From Gammaproteobacteria bacterium (GTDB taxonomy: Bacteria > Pseudomonadota > Gammaproteobacteria > CBDBNL01 > JAAOII01): DNA of 64,000 nt. Location: the NCBI GenBank assembly GCA_965209035.1, contig OZ242372.1, positions 1,280,001 to 1,344,000 on the forward strand, given 5' to 3'. Both the position numbers and the translations under genes were made by a program. The notes below the pieces were generated by a model that was not told where the DNA came from, made no database searches, and worked only from the letters and a program-made list of their open reading frames with translations. Below are positions 19,095 through 28,960 of the stretch, one piece after another (positions within the stretch are counted from its first letter, which is position 1; every line of letters begins with the position of its first letter).

Positions 19095-20483
19095 ATGCGT
19101 GCCGAGACCATTAGCATAAAAAGAGGATTGGACATTCCCATTGCGGGTGTGCCCGCGGATGTGCCGCCGGAGGAAAAACAGACCGGGCGGGTTGCGCTGC
19201 TGGGCGGCGACTATGCGGGCATGCGCCCGGAACTGCTCGTAAAAGAGGGTGATGTCGTCCGTCGCGGGGATCCCTTGTTTGCGGACAAGAAGAACCCGGC
19301 CGCGCGTTACACATCGCCGGCTGCCGGTAAGGTGACGGAAATCTGTCGCGGTTACAGACGCGCTCTGGTTTCCGTCGTCATAGAAAGGACCTCACAACAA
19401 CCGCAGAAACAACTTAAGATAGACGCGTCGCCGAAGCCCGGCAAGTCACAGTTACGCCCCCAACAAATCGCCGCCTTGCTGATTGAAAGTGGCCTCTGGT
19501 GTTCTTTTCGCACCCGTCCTTTCAGCAAGACACCGCCGGAGTTTAAGAATCCTCCCAAGGCGATCTTTGTCAATGTGATGGCAACAGCGCCCTTGGCATT
19601 GGCGCCGGAAGTTTTTTTGCGCGACGGGGACCATGCGGATCGCTTTGCCGCCGGCTTGCGGGTTTTGGCGGCTCTGGCGGACTGCCCGATTTATGTCTGT
19701 CATCACCGGGATGTCAATCCGCCGCAAACCGACATTAAAAACAAAAACATTGCATACCGGTCTTTTGGCGGCAAGCATCCGGCCGGTCTCAGCGGCACCC
19801 ATATGTATTTTTTATCTCCGGCCGGCAGAGGAAGCACCAATTGGTGGATCAATTATCAGGATCTTGCCGCTATCGGTCATTTTTTTACCGAAGGCGAGAT
19901 AAGCGACAGCCGTTATGTGTCGCTGGGCGGCCCCGGCGTGAAACGACCGCGTCCTTTAATTGTGAATCAGGGGGCGGATCTGAAGGAACTTCTAACGGAC
20001 GAACTGACCGAAGACGGGATGCGTGTCATTTCCGGTTCCGTTTTGCAGGGGCATATCGCCGAAGGCGATGCCGCTTTTTTGGGCAGATACCATTTGCAGG
20101 TGAGCGCACTCAAACCCGGCGCGGAGCGCGAGTTCATGGGCTGGTTGTCGCCCGGGCTCAATAAGTTTTCGGCTCTTAATATTTACATTTCAAAGTTGTT
20201 TCCCGGCAAGCGATTTGCACTGACCGGCACAACCAACGGCAGCGAGCGGGCGATGGTGCCGATTGGTATGTACGAGTCTGTGATGCCGCAGGATATTTTG
20301 CCGACACAATTACTGCGCTCTTTGATTGTCGGCGATATTGAGACAGCCGAAGATTTGGGCTGTTTGGAATTGGACGAAGAGGATCTCGCATTATGCACCT
20401 TCGTCTGCCCCGGCAAATACGAATACGGGCGTCTGTTGCGGCACAATCTGACGCGCATAGAAAAAGAAAACTGGGAGATATGA
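19095..20483 (+). CDS. nqrA: Na+-translocating NADH:quinone reductase subunit A
   Basis: [53 protein letters not shown]. Confidence 0.95.
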   Translation: MRAETISIKRGLDIPIAGVPADVPPEEKQTGRVALLGGDYAGMRPELLVKEGDVVRRGDPLFADKKNPAARYTSPAAGKVTEICRGYRRALVSVVIERTSQQPQKQLKIDASPKPGKSQLRPQQIAALLIESGLWCSFRTRPFSKTPPEFKNPPKAIFVNVMATAPLALAPEVFLRDGDHADRFAAGLRVLAALADCPIYVCHHRDVNPPQTDIKNKNIAYRSFGGKHPAGLSGTHMYFLSPAGRGSTNWWINYQDLAAIGHFFTEGEISDSRYVSLGGPGVKRPRPLIVNQGADLKELLTDELTEDGMRVISGSVLQGHIAEGDAAFLGRYHLQVSALKPGAEREFMGWLSPGLNKFSALNIYISKLFPGKRFALTGTTNGSERAMVPIGMYESVMPQDILPTQLLRSLIVGDIETAEDLGCLELDEEDLALCTFVCPGKYEYGRLLRHNLTRIEKENWEI

Positions 20484-21703
20484 TTAAGCGATTTATGGAA
20501 AAAATGGCCCCCCATTTTGAGAAGGGAGGCAAACTGGAGAAGTGGTATCCCCTGTTTGAAGCGGCGGATACGATTTTTTACACGCCCGGCAAAATCACTT
20601 TCGGTCCCTCGTTTGTTCGTGATGGTGTGGATCTCAAACGCATTATGATTACGGTTTGGCTTTGTACCTTTCCGGCGATGTTCTGGGGAATGTGGAATGT
20701 CGGCTATCAGGCAATTACCGCCATGGCGGAATACGATTTGGCGGCACCGGACGGCTGGCGCGGATTTTTGTTGACCCGCCTGACGGGGTTTGACGCCGGC
20801 AGTATCTGGGATTGTTTCGCCTATGGTGCCGTTTACTATATCCCGCTTTACTTTGTTATTTTTGTTGTCGGCGCTTTTTGGGAAGTGTTGTTTGCCATAA
20901 GACGCAATCACGAGGTTAACGAAGGTTTTTTTGTTTCTTCGGTTTTGTTTTCTTTGATCATCCCGCCGTCTCTGCCTTTGTGGCAGGCCGCGTTGGGAAT
21001 TAGTTTTGGCATTGTCATCGGCAAGGAAATTTTTGGCGGCACCGGCAAGAACTTCCTCAACCCGGCTCTTACCGGCCGGGCGTTTCTGTTCTTTGCCTAT
21101 CCGGCGCAGATCTCCGGCGACGCTGTCTGGACAGCGGCGGACGGGTTTAGCGGCGCCACCGCACTTTCTTTGGCGGCGAGCGGCGGTATGGATGCCGTTT
21201 TTGCGGAAAACATCACTTGGCTGGATGCGTTCTTCGGTCTGATGCAAGGGTCCATCGGCGAAGTTTCCACTCTGATGATTTTGCTTGGCGCGGCTGTGCT
21301 ACTCTACACCCGCATCGCTTCATGGCGGATTATGCTGGGCGTGTTAATCGGGACATTTTTTGCCGCCGCGTTGCTTAATTTTGTCGGCTCGCCGACGAAT
21401 CCGATGTTCTTGGTGCCGTTTCACTGGCATCTCGTTCTGGGCGGTTTTGCTTTCGGCACAGTGTTCATGGCAACGGATCCGGTTTCGGCGTCCATGACCA
21501 ATACCGGTCGCTTCATCTTCGGCGTTTTGATAGGGATTACTGTGATTTTAATTCGTGTTATCAATCCGGCATACCCGGAAGGAATGATGCTCGCCATTCT
21601 CTTGATCAACATATTCTCTCCTTTAATAGATTATTTTGTGGTGCGCGCCAACATTAAGCGGCGTAAAAAACGATTGACGGCGGATGCCGTCTCTATTAAA
21701 TAA
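20480..21703 (+). CDS. nqrB: Na+-translocating NADH:quinone reductase subunit B
   Basis: [45 protein letters not shown] flavinylation motif; ATGA overlap at 20480. Confidence 0.95.
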   Translation: MIKRFMEKMAPHFEKGGKLEKWYPLFEAADTIFYTPGKITFGPSFVRDGVDLKRIMITVWLCTFPAMFWGMWNVGYQAITAMAEYDLAAPDGWRGFLLTRLTGFDAGSIWDCFAYGAVYYIPLYFVIFVVGAFWEVLFAIRRNHEVNEGFFVSSVLFSLIIPPSLPLWQAALGISFGIVIGKEIFGGTGKNFLNPALTGRAFLFFAYPAQISGDAVWTAADGFSGATALSLAASGGMDAVFAENITWLDAFFGLMQGSIGEVSTLMILLGAAVLLYTRIASWRIMLGVLIGTFFAAALLNFVGSPTNPMFLVPFHWHLVLGGFAFGTVFMATDPVSASMTNTGRFIFGVLIGITVILIRVINPAYPEGMMLAILLINIFSPLIDYFVVRANIKRRKKRLTADAVSIK

Positions 21704-21707
21704 GATC

Positions 21708-22088
21708 TCAAATAGAAGACGAGTTGCCGGCGCGGCCGGGTTGCCAGCGTCTTGCCCGCGGAATGCGGTGCGGTTCTTTTTTGCCTATTTCTCCTTCTTT
21801 TTGCAGCAGGGCGAGTTGTCGCTTGGCGGGCGGGCTCTCCGGGCTGAACGCAATTTTCATATCCCCGCGCACCACCCGGTGCCACGGCAGATCCTTCTGT
21901 TCTTTGGCATCGGCTGTCCGCAGGCAATAGGCAACCCGTCTGGCATGGGTTCGGTATCCCAGCCCGGTCGCAATGTCGCCGTAACTGCTGACCAGTCCCG
22001 CCGGGATCATCCGCACCAGCGTGTAAACCGCTTCGCAAAATTCACAGGCGGCTTTTTTCTTTTGTTTCTTGTTCCGGTCCGAGGACAT
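21708..22088 (-). CDS. Alkyltransferase-like (ATL/YbaZ, MGMT family) protein
   Basis: IPAGLVSSYGDIA...ARRV...PWHRV (Trp in place of the catalytic Cys); start tentatively ATG 22088. Confidence 0.85.
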   Translation of the reverse strand: MSSDRNKKQKKKAACEFCEAVYTLVRMIPAGLVSSYGDIATGLGYRTHARRVAYCLRTADAKEQKDLPWHRVVRGDMKIAFSPESPPAKRQLALLQKEGEIGKKEPHRIPRARRWQPGRAGNSSSI

Positions 22089-22450
22089 CCGTGTGTTCTT
22101 CTTATATAAGGTTTGTTTAAGGTTCATTTGGGGTTCATTTAAAGCTCGTTCATATTTTAGTCCCCTTCGCCAAGCGACAACTCGCTCCCTCGCAAAATCG
22201 TATAATGACAACAACACAACATATATGGCAATACAAACTCAGTTAAACAAGTGATCGCAAAAACCAAGCACAAAGACATAGGATCCTCGCCGGTCGGTGC
22301 GTGCCGTTTGAGCCCCCTGAGCCCCCCGAACTTCCCTAGCTTTTTAAGATTTTTGAAAACTTTGGGATCCTTAAAACGAGAATTGCCGCGGTCGCGTTGC
22401 CGACGACCGGCATTCTTGCAAAAGATTTGTTTTTTCTATGCATCTCTGTT

Positions 22451-23494
22451 ATGCGGTTGCCGACAATGAGAGCACTCGCCGGCATCTTGCTGTTGCTAAC
22501 TTTTGCGGTAATTGTGTTGGGTGCATATACCCGCTTGTCCGATGCCGGTCTGGGTTGCCCGGACTGGCCGGGCTGTTACGGCAAGATCCTGGGCCCGCAG
22601 AATGCCGAAGAAATTGAGGCGGCACGGACCGCCTATCCCGGCAATTCGTTTGACCGACAGAAAGCCCTGACCGAGATGATTCACCGACTTGTGGCGGGCT
22701 CGCTGGGGTTGTTGATTTTTCTGGTAACCCTGGCGGACTACCTGCGGGTGCGGCGGCGCGGCGGTAAGGTTTCCCGCATTTTATTAATTCTTTGTCCCGT
22801 CGTTTTGGCTCAAGGGGCATTCGGTGCCTGGACGGTCACTCTGCAATTGTTGCCGCAGGTTGTATTGACCCATCTTCTCGGCGGCTTTTTAATTCTTTCG
22901 CTGGTTTACTTGTATTTTTTGTCCGTCAGCGGCCGGGGGCAAGTCTACAAAAAACGCACTTGGAATCTGACAACAATGGCTGTCCTTGTCGGCGGTATGC
23001 TTGTGGTTGCGCAGATTGTTTTGGGCGGCTGGGTGTCCGCCAATTACGCGGCCCGTGCCTGTGTTGATTTCCCGCTCTGCAACGGCAGCTGGCTGCCGCC
23101 GGAGATGGACTTTGCCACGGGGTTTCGTTTCTTGCAGCCGTCGGGACCGAATTACGAGGGCGGCGTTTTGTCTGCGGATGCCCGCCTGGCGATTCACTTC
23201 GCCCACAGACTAAACGCATTCGCGGTTCTCGTTTATTGGTTGCTGTTGTTTTACTTTGGCAGGCGTAATCATTTTCTCAGGGCATCCGCTCCCTCTTTTC
23301 TCGGTCTGTTGTTTCTGCAAATGGCATTGGGCATCACCAACATTCTCGGCGACCTGCCGTTGATGGTTGCGGTTGCTCATAACGCGCTGGCGGCGATTCT
23401 CTTACTCAATGTTCTGCATATTCTGGTTTTGTTCCGGGACAGGCCGGCGACCATATCAGCAAAAAAAGAAGCGATAACCAACCCGACTTCGTGA
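22451..23494 (+). CDS. ctaA: Heme A synthase (COX15/CtaA)
   Basis: LGAYTRLSDAGLGCPDWPGCYG, EMIHR, ACVDFPLCNG, HFAHR; start uncertain. Confidence 0.9.
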   Translation: MRLPTMRALAGILLLLTFAVIVLGAYTRLSDAGLGCPDWPGCYGKILGPQNAEEIEAARTAYPGNSFDRQKALTEMIHRLVAGSLGLLIFLVTLADYLRVRRRGGKVSRILLILCPVVLAQGAFGAWTVTLQLLPQVVLTHLLGGFLILSLVYLYFLSVSGRGQVYKKRTWNLTTMAVLVGGMLVVAQIVLGGWVSANYAARACVDFPLCNGSWLPPEMDFATGFRFLQPSGPNYEGGVLSADARLAIHFAHRLNAFAVLVYWLLLFYFGRRNHFLRASAPSFLGLLFLQMALGITNILGDLPLMVAVAHNALAAILLLNVLHILVLFRDRPATISAKKEAITNPTS

Positions 23495-24360
23495 CAACCG
23501 CTATCTGGAAAGACTACTGGCAGCTGTGCAAGCCGCGCGTGGTGGCGTTGATTCTGCTCACCGCTCTGGCAGGGATGCTTTTGGCATCGCCCGTCTTGCC
23601 ATCGCCGTTGCTGCTCCTTGTCGCCTTCCTTGGCATAGGGCTTTGTTCGGCATCCGCCGCCGTTGTTAATCATCTCCTCGACCGATACTTGGACGCCAAG
23701 ATGAACCGCACCAAGGGCAGGCCTATGGCACAAAAGAGATTGAAGCCGGTCAATGTCATTCTGTTTGCTCTGGTTCTTGCCGTTTGCGGTTTTTTGGCAT
23801 TGTTCGTTTATGTGAATCCGCTGACCGCCTTTTTGACTTTGGCGGCTCTCCTCGGTTATGCTTTTGTTTATACCGGTTATTTGAAGTGGGTGACACCGCA
23901 AAACATTGTTCTGGGCGGGCTTTCCGGCGCCATGCCGCCGCTGCTCGGCTGGACATCGGTCACCGGACACATAGACGCTTACCCGCTGATTTTGGTGGCG
24001 ATCATTTTTGTTTGGACCCCTCCGCATTTTTGGGCTCTGGCGATGCAAAAAAAGGACGACTATGCGGCCGGCAATGTGCCGATGCTGCCGGTAACCCACG
24101 GCTTGTCTTTGACACGATTACATGTTTCTCTGTATGCGATGCTCACCATTCTCTTTTCTCTGTTCCCCTACATTCTGGGATACTGCGGCATTGCATATCT
24201 GTTCGGCGTTTTGCCGTTGAACGCCTGGTGGGCATACAGGGTTTGGCGTTTGTGGTTTCCGCGGCACAACCGCGAGGCCTATATTTTGTTTCGGCACAGC
24301 ATTAATTACCTGGCGATTTTGTTTCTCCTTCTCTTGGCGGATCATTGGGTTAACTACTAA
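23491..24360 (+). CDS. cyoE: Protoheme IX farnesyltransferase (heme O synthase)
   Basis: LCKPRVV, DRYLDAKMNRTKGRP, WTPPHFWALA, DYAAGNVPMLPV. Confidence 0.95.
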   Translation: MTTAIWKDYWQLCKPRVVALILLTALAGMLLASPVLPSPLLLLVAFLGIGLCSASAAVVNHLLDRYLDAKMNRTKGRPMAQKRLKPVNVILFALVLAVCGFLALFVYVNPLTAFLTLAALLGYAFVYTGYLKWVTPQNIVLGGLSGAMPPLLGWTSVTGHIDAYPLILVAIIFVWTPPHFWALAMQKKDDYAAGNVPMLPVTHGLSLTRLHVSLYAMLTILFSLFPYILGYCGIAYLFGVLPLNAWWAYRVWRLWFPRHNREAYILFRHSINYLAILFLLLLADHWVNY

Positions 24361-24446
24361 GCGGCAGCCGGCGGCCTTGGATTCCGGGATCTTGGGATGC
24401 CGGATACTTGGTGTTGGAAGGAAACTCAAATGCCGGGATAAAAAAA

Positions 24447-24522
24447 TGGCTCCTCGAGCAGGACTCGAACCTGCGACCAATTGGTTAACAGCCAACTGCT
24501 CTACCGACTGAGCTATCGAGGA
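24447..24522 (-). tRNA. tRNA-Asn (GTT)
   Basis: Reverse complement TCCTCGATAGCTCAGTCGGTAGAGCAGTTGGCT-GTT-AACCAATTGGTCGCAGGTTCGAGTCCTGCTCGAGGAGCCA: 76 nt, T-loop and encoded CCA. Confidence 0.97.
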
Positions 24523-24864
24523 ACCGGCTTTATTATTATAATCACAAAGCGACTGATTTTATGATTGTTGTGCGTTAAAATCTTATGCCGCCCCGTCTAT
24601 TTTTATCCTTTAAATAAACGCTCGCCCGTTTTAAAGGCTTACCCGTTCGGTAAAAACAGACAAAAACACGCCGAGTCCAAAACCGGGCGGGATGATAATT
24701 TATGGGTTAATTCTTTCACTGAAAAAGACGGAAAAACAAGAAAAAACAAGGACTTGGAAAATATACGGTTTTGTGTTTTTATGGAATCATTATGTATAAA
24801 TTGATGTTTATACGTAGTTTTGTGTGTAAAATAATATTGTTATGAAAAATAAAACTATAAAACT

Positions 24865-25191
24865 ATGATTATTGTGGAAACTTTATTGTGGCTGTTGTAT
24901 TTTGCGGGAGGCCTTTTTATGTTTTTTATCTTTTTGTTATATCTGCGTGAACTCATAGGCAGCATATTTTACGAAGATAAGGATGTAATCAAAATGATAC
25001 GTGAAATTGTCAAACCCGGTTCGGCCCGAGAAGTATTCAACAATATTGCTTTTGGCAGATGTTCTCAAACACACGATCGTGTTAAGCATGGTCTTTATGT
25101 GCTTGTGGATCAAAAAACCGGTGAGGTAGAAATAAAAAAATGTTCTCGCCCGGAGGACGGACTCATTGCCAGCGCAACTCGGGATTCTTAA
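24865..25191 (+). CDS. Small single-TM hypothetical protein (copy 1)
   Basis: 108 aa, hydrophobic N-terminus; paralog at 25874. Confidence 0.7.
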   Translation: MIIVETLLWLLYFAGGLFMFFIFLLYLRELIGSIFYEDKDVIKMIREIVKPGSAREVFNNIAFGRCSQTHDRVKHGLYVLVDQKTGEVEIKKCSRPEDGLIASATRDS

Positions 25192-25226
25192 ATCTCAGGG
25201 GCGTCTAATAAAATGTTGTTCGGATG

Positions 25227-25570
25227 CCCTAAATTCAAGTGCCTAGTGCAACACCGCGAAATATTTCCTTGAATTTTGCAAAATTTAAGGAAACATTTAC
25301 AAAAAAACATGAGAGTTGATCCCGGTTTGAAGTAAGATGCTTAATACTATTTGCCCCGAATCGCAAGAACAAGAATGCGGTCCGGCGGGATAAAGATTAA
25401 TCCAAAACAGAGGGTGCAAAAACACCGTCGGACTTCATTAATTCGTTAAGTATATTGACCGGCTACTTACGAGAGACACTTTCAAACAACCCGGTAAGAC
25501 CCGTCAATCATTTTCGCCCGTTCGGTAAAAACAGACAAAAACACGCCGATTCCAAAACCGGGCGGGAAGA
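25227..25570 (+). repeat. ~310-340 bp direct repeat of 28317-28624 (3' tail of the 611-aa gene plus downstream DNA)
   Basis: cctaaattcaagtgcctagtgcaacaccgcgaaatattt...aaaaccgggcgggaag present in both places. Confidence 0.9.
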
Positions 25571-25873
25571 TAACTTATGGGTTAGTTCTTTCACTGAAAA
25601 AGGTGGAACAACAAGAAAAAACAAGGAAAAACAAGGAATAACAAGAAAAAACAAGGAAAAACAAGGACTTGGAAAATATACGGTTTTGTGTTTTTATGGG
25701 ATAACTATGTATAATATTATGTTATTACGGAATAATTGTGTATAAATTGATGTTTTTATGGAAGAATTATGTACAATTACTGTGTTGTTACGAAATAGCT
25801 ATGCATGAATTGATGTTTTTGTGTATTTTTTCGTTAGAATTAAATTATTATTAACCAATTAGAGGAGCAAACA

Positions 25874-26200
25874 ATGGCATTTATAGAAATTTTATTGGGT
25901 CTTTTGTATTTGACCGGGGGGTTCCTTATCTTATGTTTATTTCTTTTCTTCGTGCGCGATTTCATAGATGGTGTGTTTTACGAAGATAAGGGTGTTATCA
26001 AAACGATACGGGACATTGTCAAACCCGGTTCGGCCCGAGAAGTATTTGGTAATATTGCTTTGGGCGAATGTTCTAAAAAACACGATCGCGTTAAGCATGG
26101 TCTTTATGTGCTTGTGGATCAAAAAACCGGTGAGGTAAAAATAAAAGACAGTTCGCGTCCGGATGACGGACTTATTGCCAGCGGAACTCGGGATTCTTAA
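25874..26200 (+). CDS. Small single-TM hypothetical protein (copy 2)
   Basis: 108 aa, GAGGAG RBS; C-terminal two-thirds nearly identical to copy 1. Confidence 0.75.
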   Translation: MAFIEILLGLLYLTGGFLILCLFLFFVRDFIDGVFYEDKGVIKTIRDIVKPGSAREVFGNIALGECSKKHDRVKHGLYVLVDQKTGEVKIKDSSRPDDGLIASGTRDS

Positions 26201-26539
26201 AATCTCAGGGGCGTCTAATAAAATATTGTTCGGATGCCTCAAAATAAAATAAAGAAAACACACACTATTTGGTTTCCCATAAAGAGATAATCTTATCTCT
26301 TTATGGGGGGAGGTAGATTTCATACTGTTATCTCGTGTGAGAAATGAAATGGTTTTCCCGATAGAAAATAAACATCTGCCGGTGCAATGAGTAGATCCGG
26401 GAGCAGAACAGGGATGGAAAAAACTACTGTCCGAAGTGTGCTCGTGTTTTTTACAGTTTAGAGATCCTCATAAAATTAAAGTTAGATATTATTGGTGCTC
26501 GGATAGCAAAATGATGGTAAGCGGAGTTTAAGACATCGC

Positions 26540-28375
26540 ATGAAAAATGATGTAAAAAAAGTCTCAAGTTTCACAAACAAAAAATGGTGTGGCTGGATTC
26601 CAAATACAAGCGGTTCCATATCTTTTTACATTGCGGGACGCAGAGAAAATCTTGATATGCCTGTCACGGTTTTTTCTTACAAGATACCGTATCACAGTAT
26701 TAAGCCCCAACAACATAAACACATTTTTCAACTGAGGAGTAGGGATAAAGATAATCAAAAAGATCAAGACGCAAAGAACAGCGTTTTTGTTTTATCTTTT
26801 GTATGCCAAGAGAGAGATAATTTCGACGGCTCTTTGCCTTTATTTTTTTTATGTCCTATTCTGATGTTTTTGCCGCGAAAGTGGTATAAAAAAATTGAAA
26901 AATGCATTTTTCATCTATATTTGTGGCTAGCTACGTTCGAATGGCATCTGAATACTCTTCCCTTTCGGATCCGTAAAACCGAATGGCATTTGAAAATTCC
27001 TTATTTCCGGCTTCGTAAAGCCGAATGGCGTTTGAAAATTCCTTATTTTCGACTTCGTAAAATCAAGTTGCGTACGAAAATTCCTTATGTTGCTTTTTAT
27101 TTTGGTAACTATATCTCACCGCCGGACGAAGCAAATCAAAAATTATACGAAGGCGTGCAATTAATTAAGGGGACAGTATTTTCTATTCTTCATCATCCGC
27201 GGATGAAAAGCATTCTTGAAGAGATCATAAAAGATATGTCGGAGATGGAGATGCGGGAAAGCCAAATAAACGATGAGCAGTCGATAGATCGCATAGATGC
27301 TTCTCTGGGTAAGTTACAAAGCAGGATAAAGGAGTTTACCGATAATGAAGATAAGGGGGGCGTCGGCTTTTCTGCTGACTTTGAATTAGAACGCAATGGC
27401 ATAGTAAATATGGGCAATTTTCGATGCTCGGATTCCGTGCAAAAAGATTTGAAAAATGACCCGGATAAAAAGGACCCGCCGAAGCACTATGCAAATCAAT
27501 TATTTTATTTCATTAAGGATATCTTTCATGCACATTCTCATCATTCTGAGACAGATGATTGCTTATCTTCTCTTCACTCCATGCCGGATAACAGTTCTGA
27601 TTTAAAGTATAAGTTGGGGTGTTTGCGTCGCGTATTTCAAAGGTTAATGCGGCGCTATGTTCAGATGGAGTGCACATCCGTCGAAAAAAAATACTTATTG
27701 GGGTTTTTAGCGTACATTCGTAGTCTACAAGTTCTTATGGACAAACTGGGTAAGTCCCTCTCCAAAAAGAGTTTTAAACCTTTAAATCTTAATGGCAAAA
27801 TTGTACGGGAATCCGCAGAAGCGGCAGTTGAAAGAGGAAATACCAAGGAAGAACAAAGTTTTACGACCAGGCGTTGGATTTATGGGCTATTGACCGCCTA
27901 TTTCCTTTTAGAATTACAGATGGGCGAAAAATTGTATTTTACACCCATTTCATCTGGTATAGTGAAGACACTATACCCCCTCTTTCTGCCCTTTTTGCCG
28001 GAATCTTACCCTTACCCTATGATTATTTTTATGTTATGGTGTCTCTGGATTGCTATTGGTTGGTTTTGGGTTTATGTAAATTATCGTCAAGTGGGTGATA
28101 AATTAGGGAGAACCTGGCAAGAATGGATTTATTGGCGACGGGCTTCTTTTCAAGGTCGTCGAAAATGGATATACTGGCCGTTGGTTTTAATAATATTGAT
28201 CATCTGGGCTCTTTTTTATTTTTGGGTTTGGACTTTTTTGAGTTTTTGGGTTTGGATTCCTCTTTTAATGGTGTTTGTATGTGTACTAATTCTTTCTTTA
28301 TTTTTCTATTTGAAACCTAAATTCAAGTGCCTAGTGCAACACCGCGAAATATTTACAAAAAAATATGAGAGTTGA
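26540..28375 (+). CDS. AT-rich hypothetical membrane protein with internal 14-aa repeats
   Basis: 611 aa; EWHLKIPYFRLRK-like unit x3.5 (26939-27088); several C-terminal TM helices. Confidence 0.7.
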   Translation: MKNDVKKVSSFTNKKWCGWIPNTSGSISFYIAGRRENLDMPVTVFSYKIPYHSIKPQQHKHIFQLRSRDKDNQKDQDAKNSVFVLSFVCQERDNFDGSLPLFFLCPILMFLPRKWYKKIEKCIFHLYLWLATFEWHLNTLPFRIRKTEWHLKIPYFRLRKAEWRLKIPYFRLRKIKLRTKIPYVAFYFGNYISPPDEANQKLYEGVQLIKGTVFSILHHPRMKSILEEIIKDMSEMEMRESQINDEQSIDRIDASLGKLQSRIKEFTDNEDKGGVGFSADFELERNGIVNMGNFRCSDSVQKDLKNDPDKKDPPKHYANQLFYFIKDIFHAHSHHSETDDCLSSLHSMPDNSSDLKYKLGCLRRVFQRLMRRYVQMECTSVEKKYLLGFLAYIRSLQVLMDKLGKSLSKKSFKPLNLNGKIVRESAEAAVERGNTKEEQSFTTRRWIYGLLTAYFLLELQMGEKLYFTPISSGIVKTLYPLFLPFLPESYPYPMIIFMLWCLWIAIGWFWVYVNYRQVGDKLGRTWQEWIYWRRASFQGRRKWIYWPLVLIILIIWALFYFWVWTFLSFWVWIPLLMVFVCVLILSLFFYLKPKFKCLVQHREIFTKKYES

Positions 28376-28960
28376 TCCTGGTTTGAAGTAAGACGCTTAA
28401 TACTATTTGCCCCGAATCGCAAGAACAAGAATGCGGTCCGGCGGGACAAAGATTAATCCAAAACAGAGGGTGCAAAAACACCGTCGGACTTCATTAATTT
28501 GTTAAACACACTGCCTGGCTACTGACGAGAGACACTTTCAAACAACCCGGTAAGACCCGTCAATCATTTTCGCCCGTTCGGTAAAAACAGACAAAAACAC
28601 GCCGAGTCCAAAACCGGGCGGGAAGTCATTGCCTTAACAAAACCTCATTAAAAGGTACAACATCCGGTTCCACTAATTATCCTCAAACCTGTCTGTCTGT
28701 GTTCCATTTTACCGGGTGCAAAATTTAATAGAGAACGGAGATTAAGCGAAAAAGTTTGTTGATCTGATTGCCGGGTCAAACCACTGAGTCCGTATTCGGC
28801 TCTTAATGACAAGACACCGAAAATCTCTTTATGCAACACCGGAAGTGCCAAGCCGGGTGCGAGCATAAAATCCGCATAATCTCATAAAGATTTTGATTTC
28901 TTGCCTTATAATTAATAGTAGTATTTGTGGTTTATGTAATTTTTATTCAGTAATGACAAA

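Noticed and set aside
24447-24640. tRNA-Asn as integration site of the adjacent accessory region
   Set aside because: The accessory DNA lies on the tRNA 5' side; I found no duplicated tRNA 3' end and no integrase.
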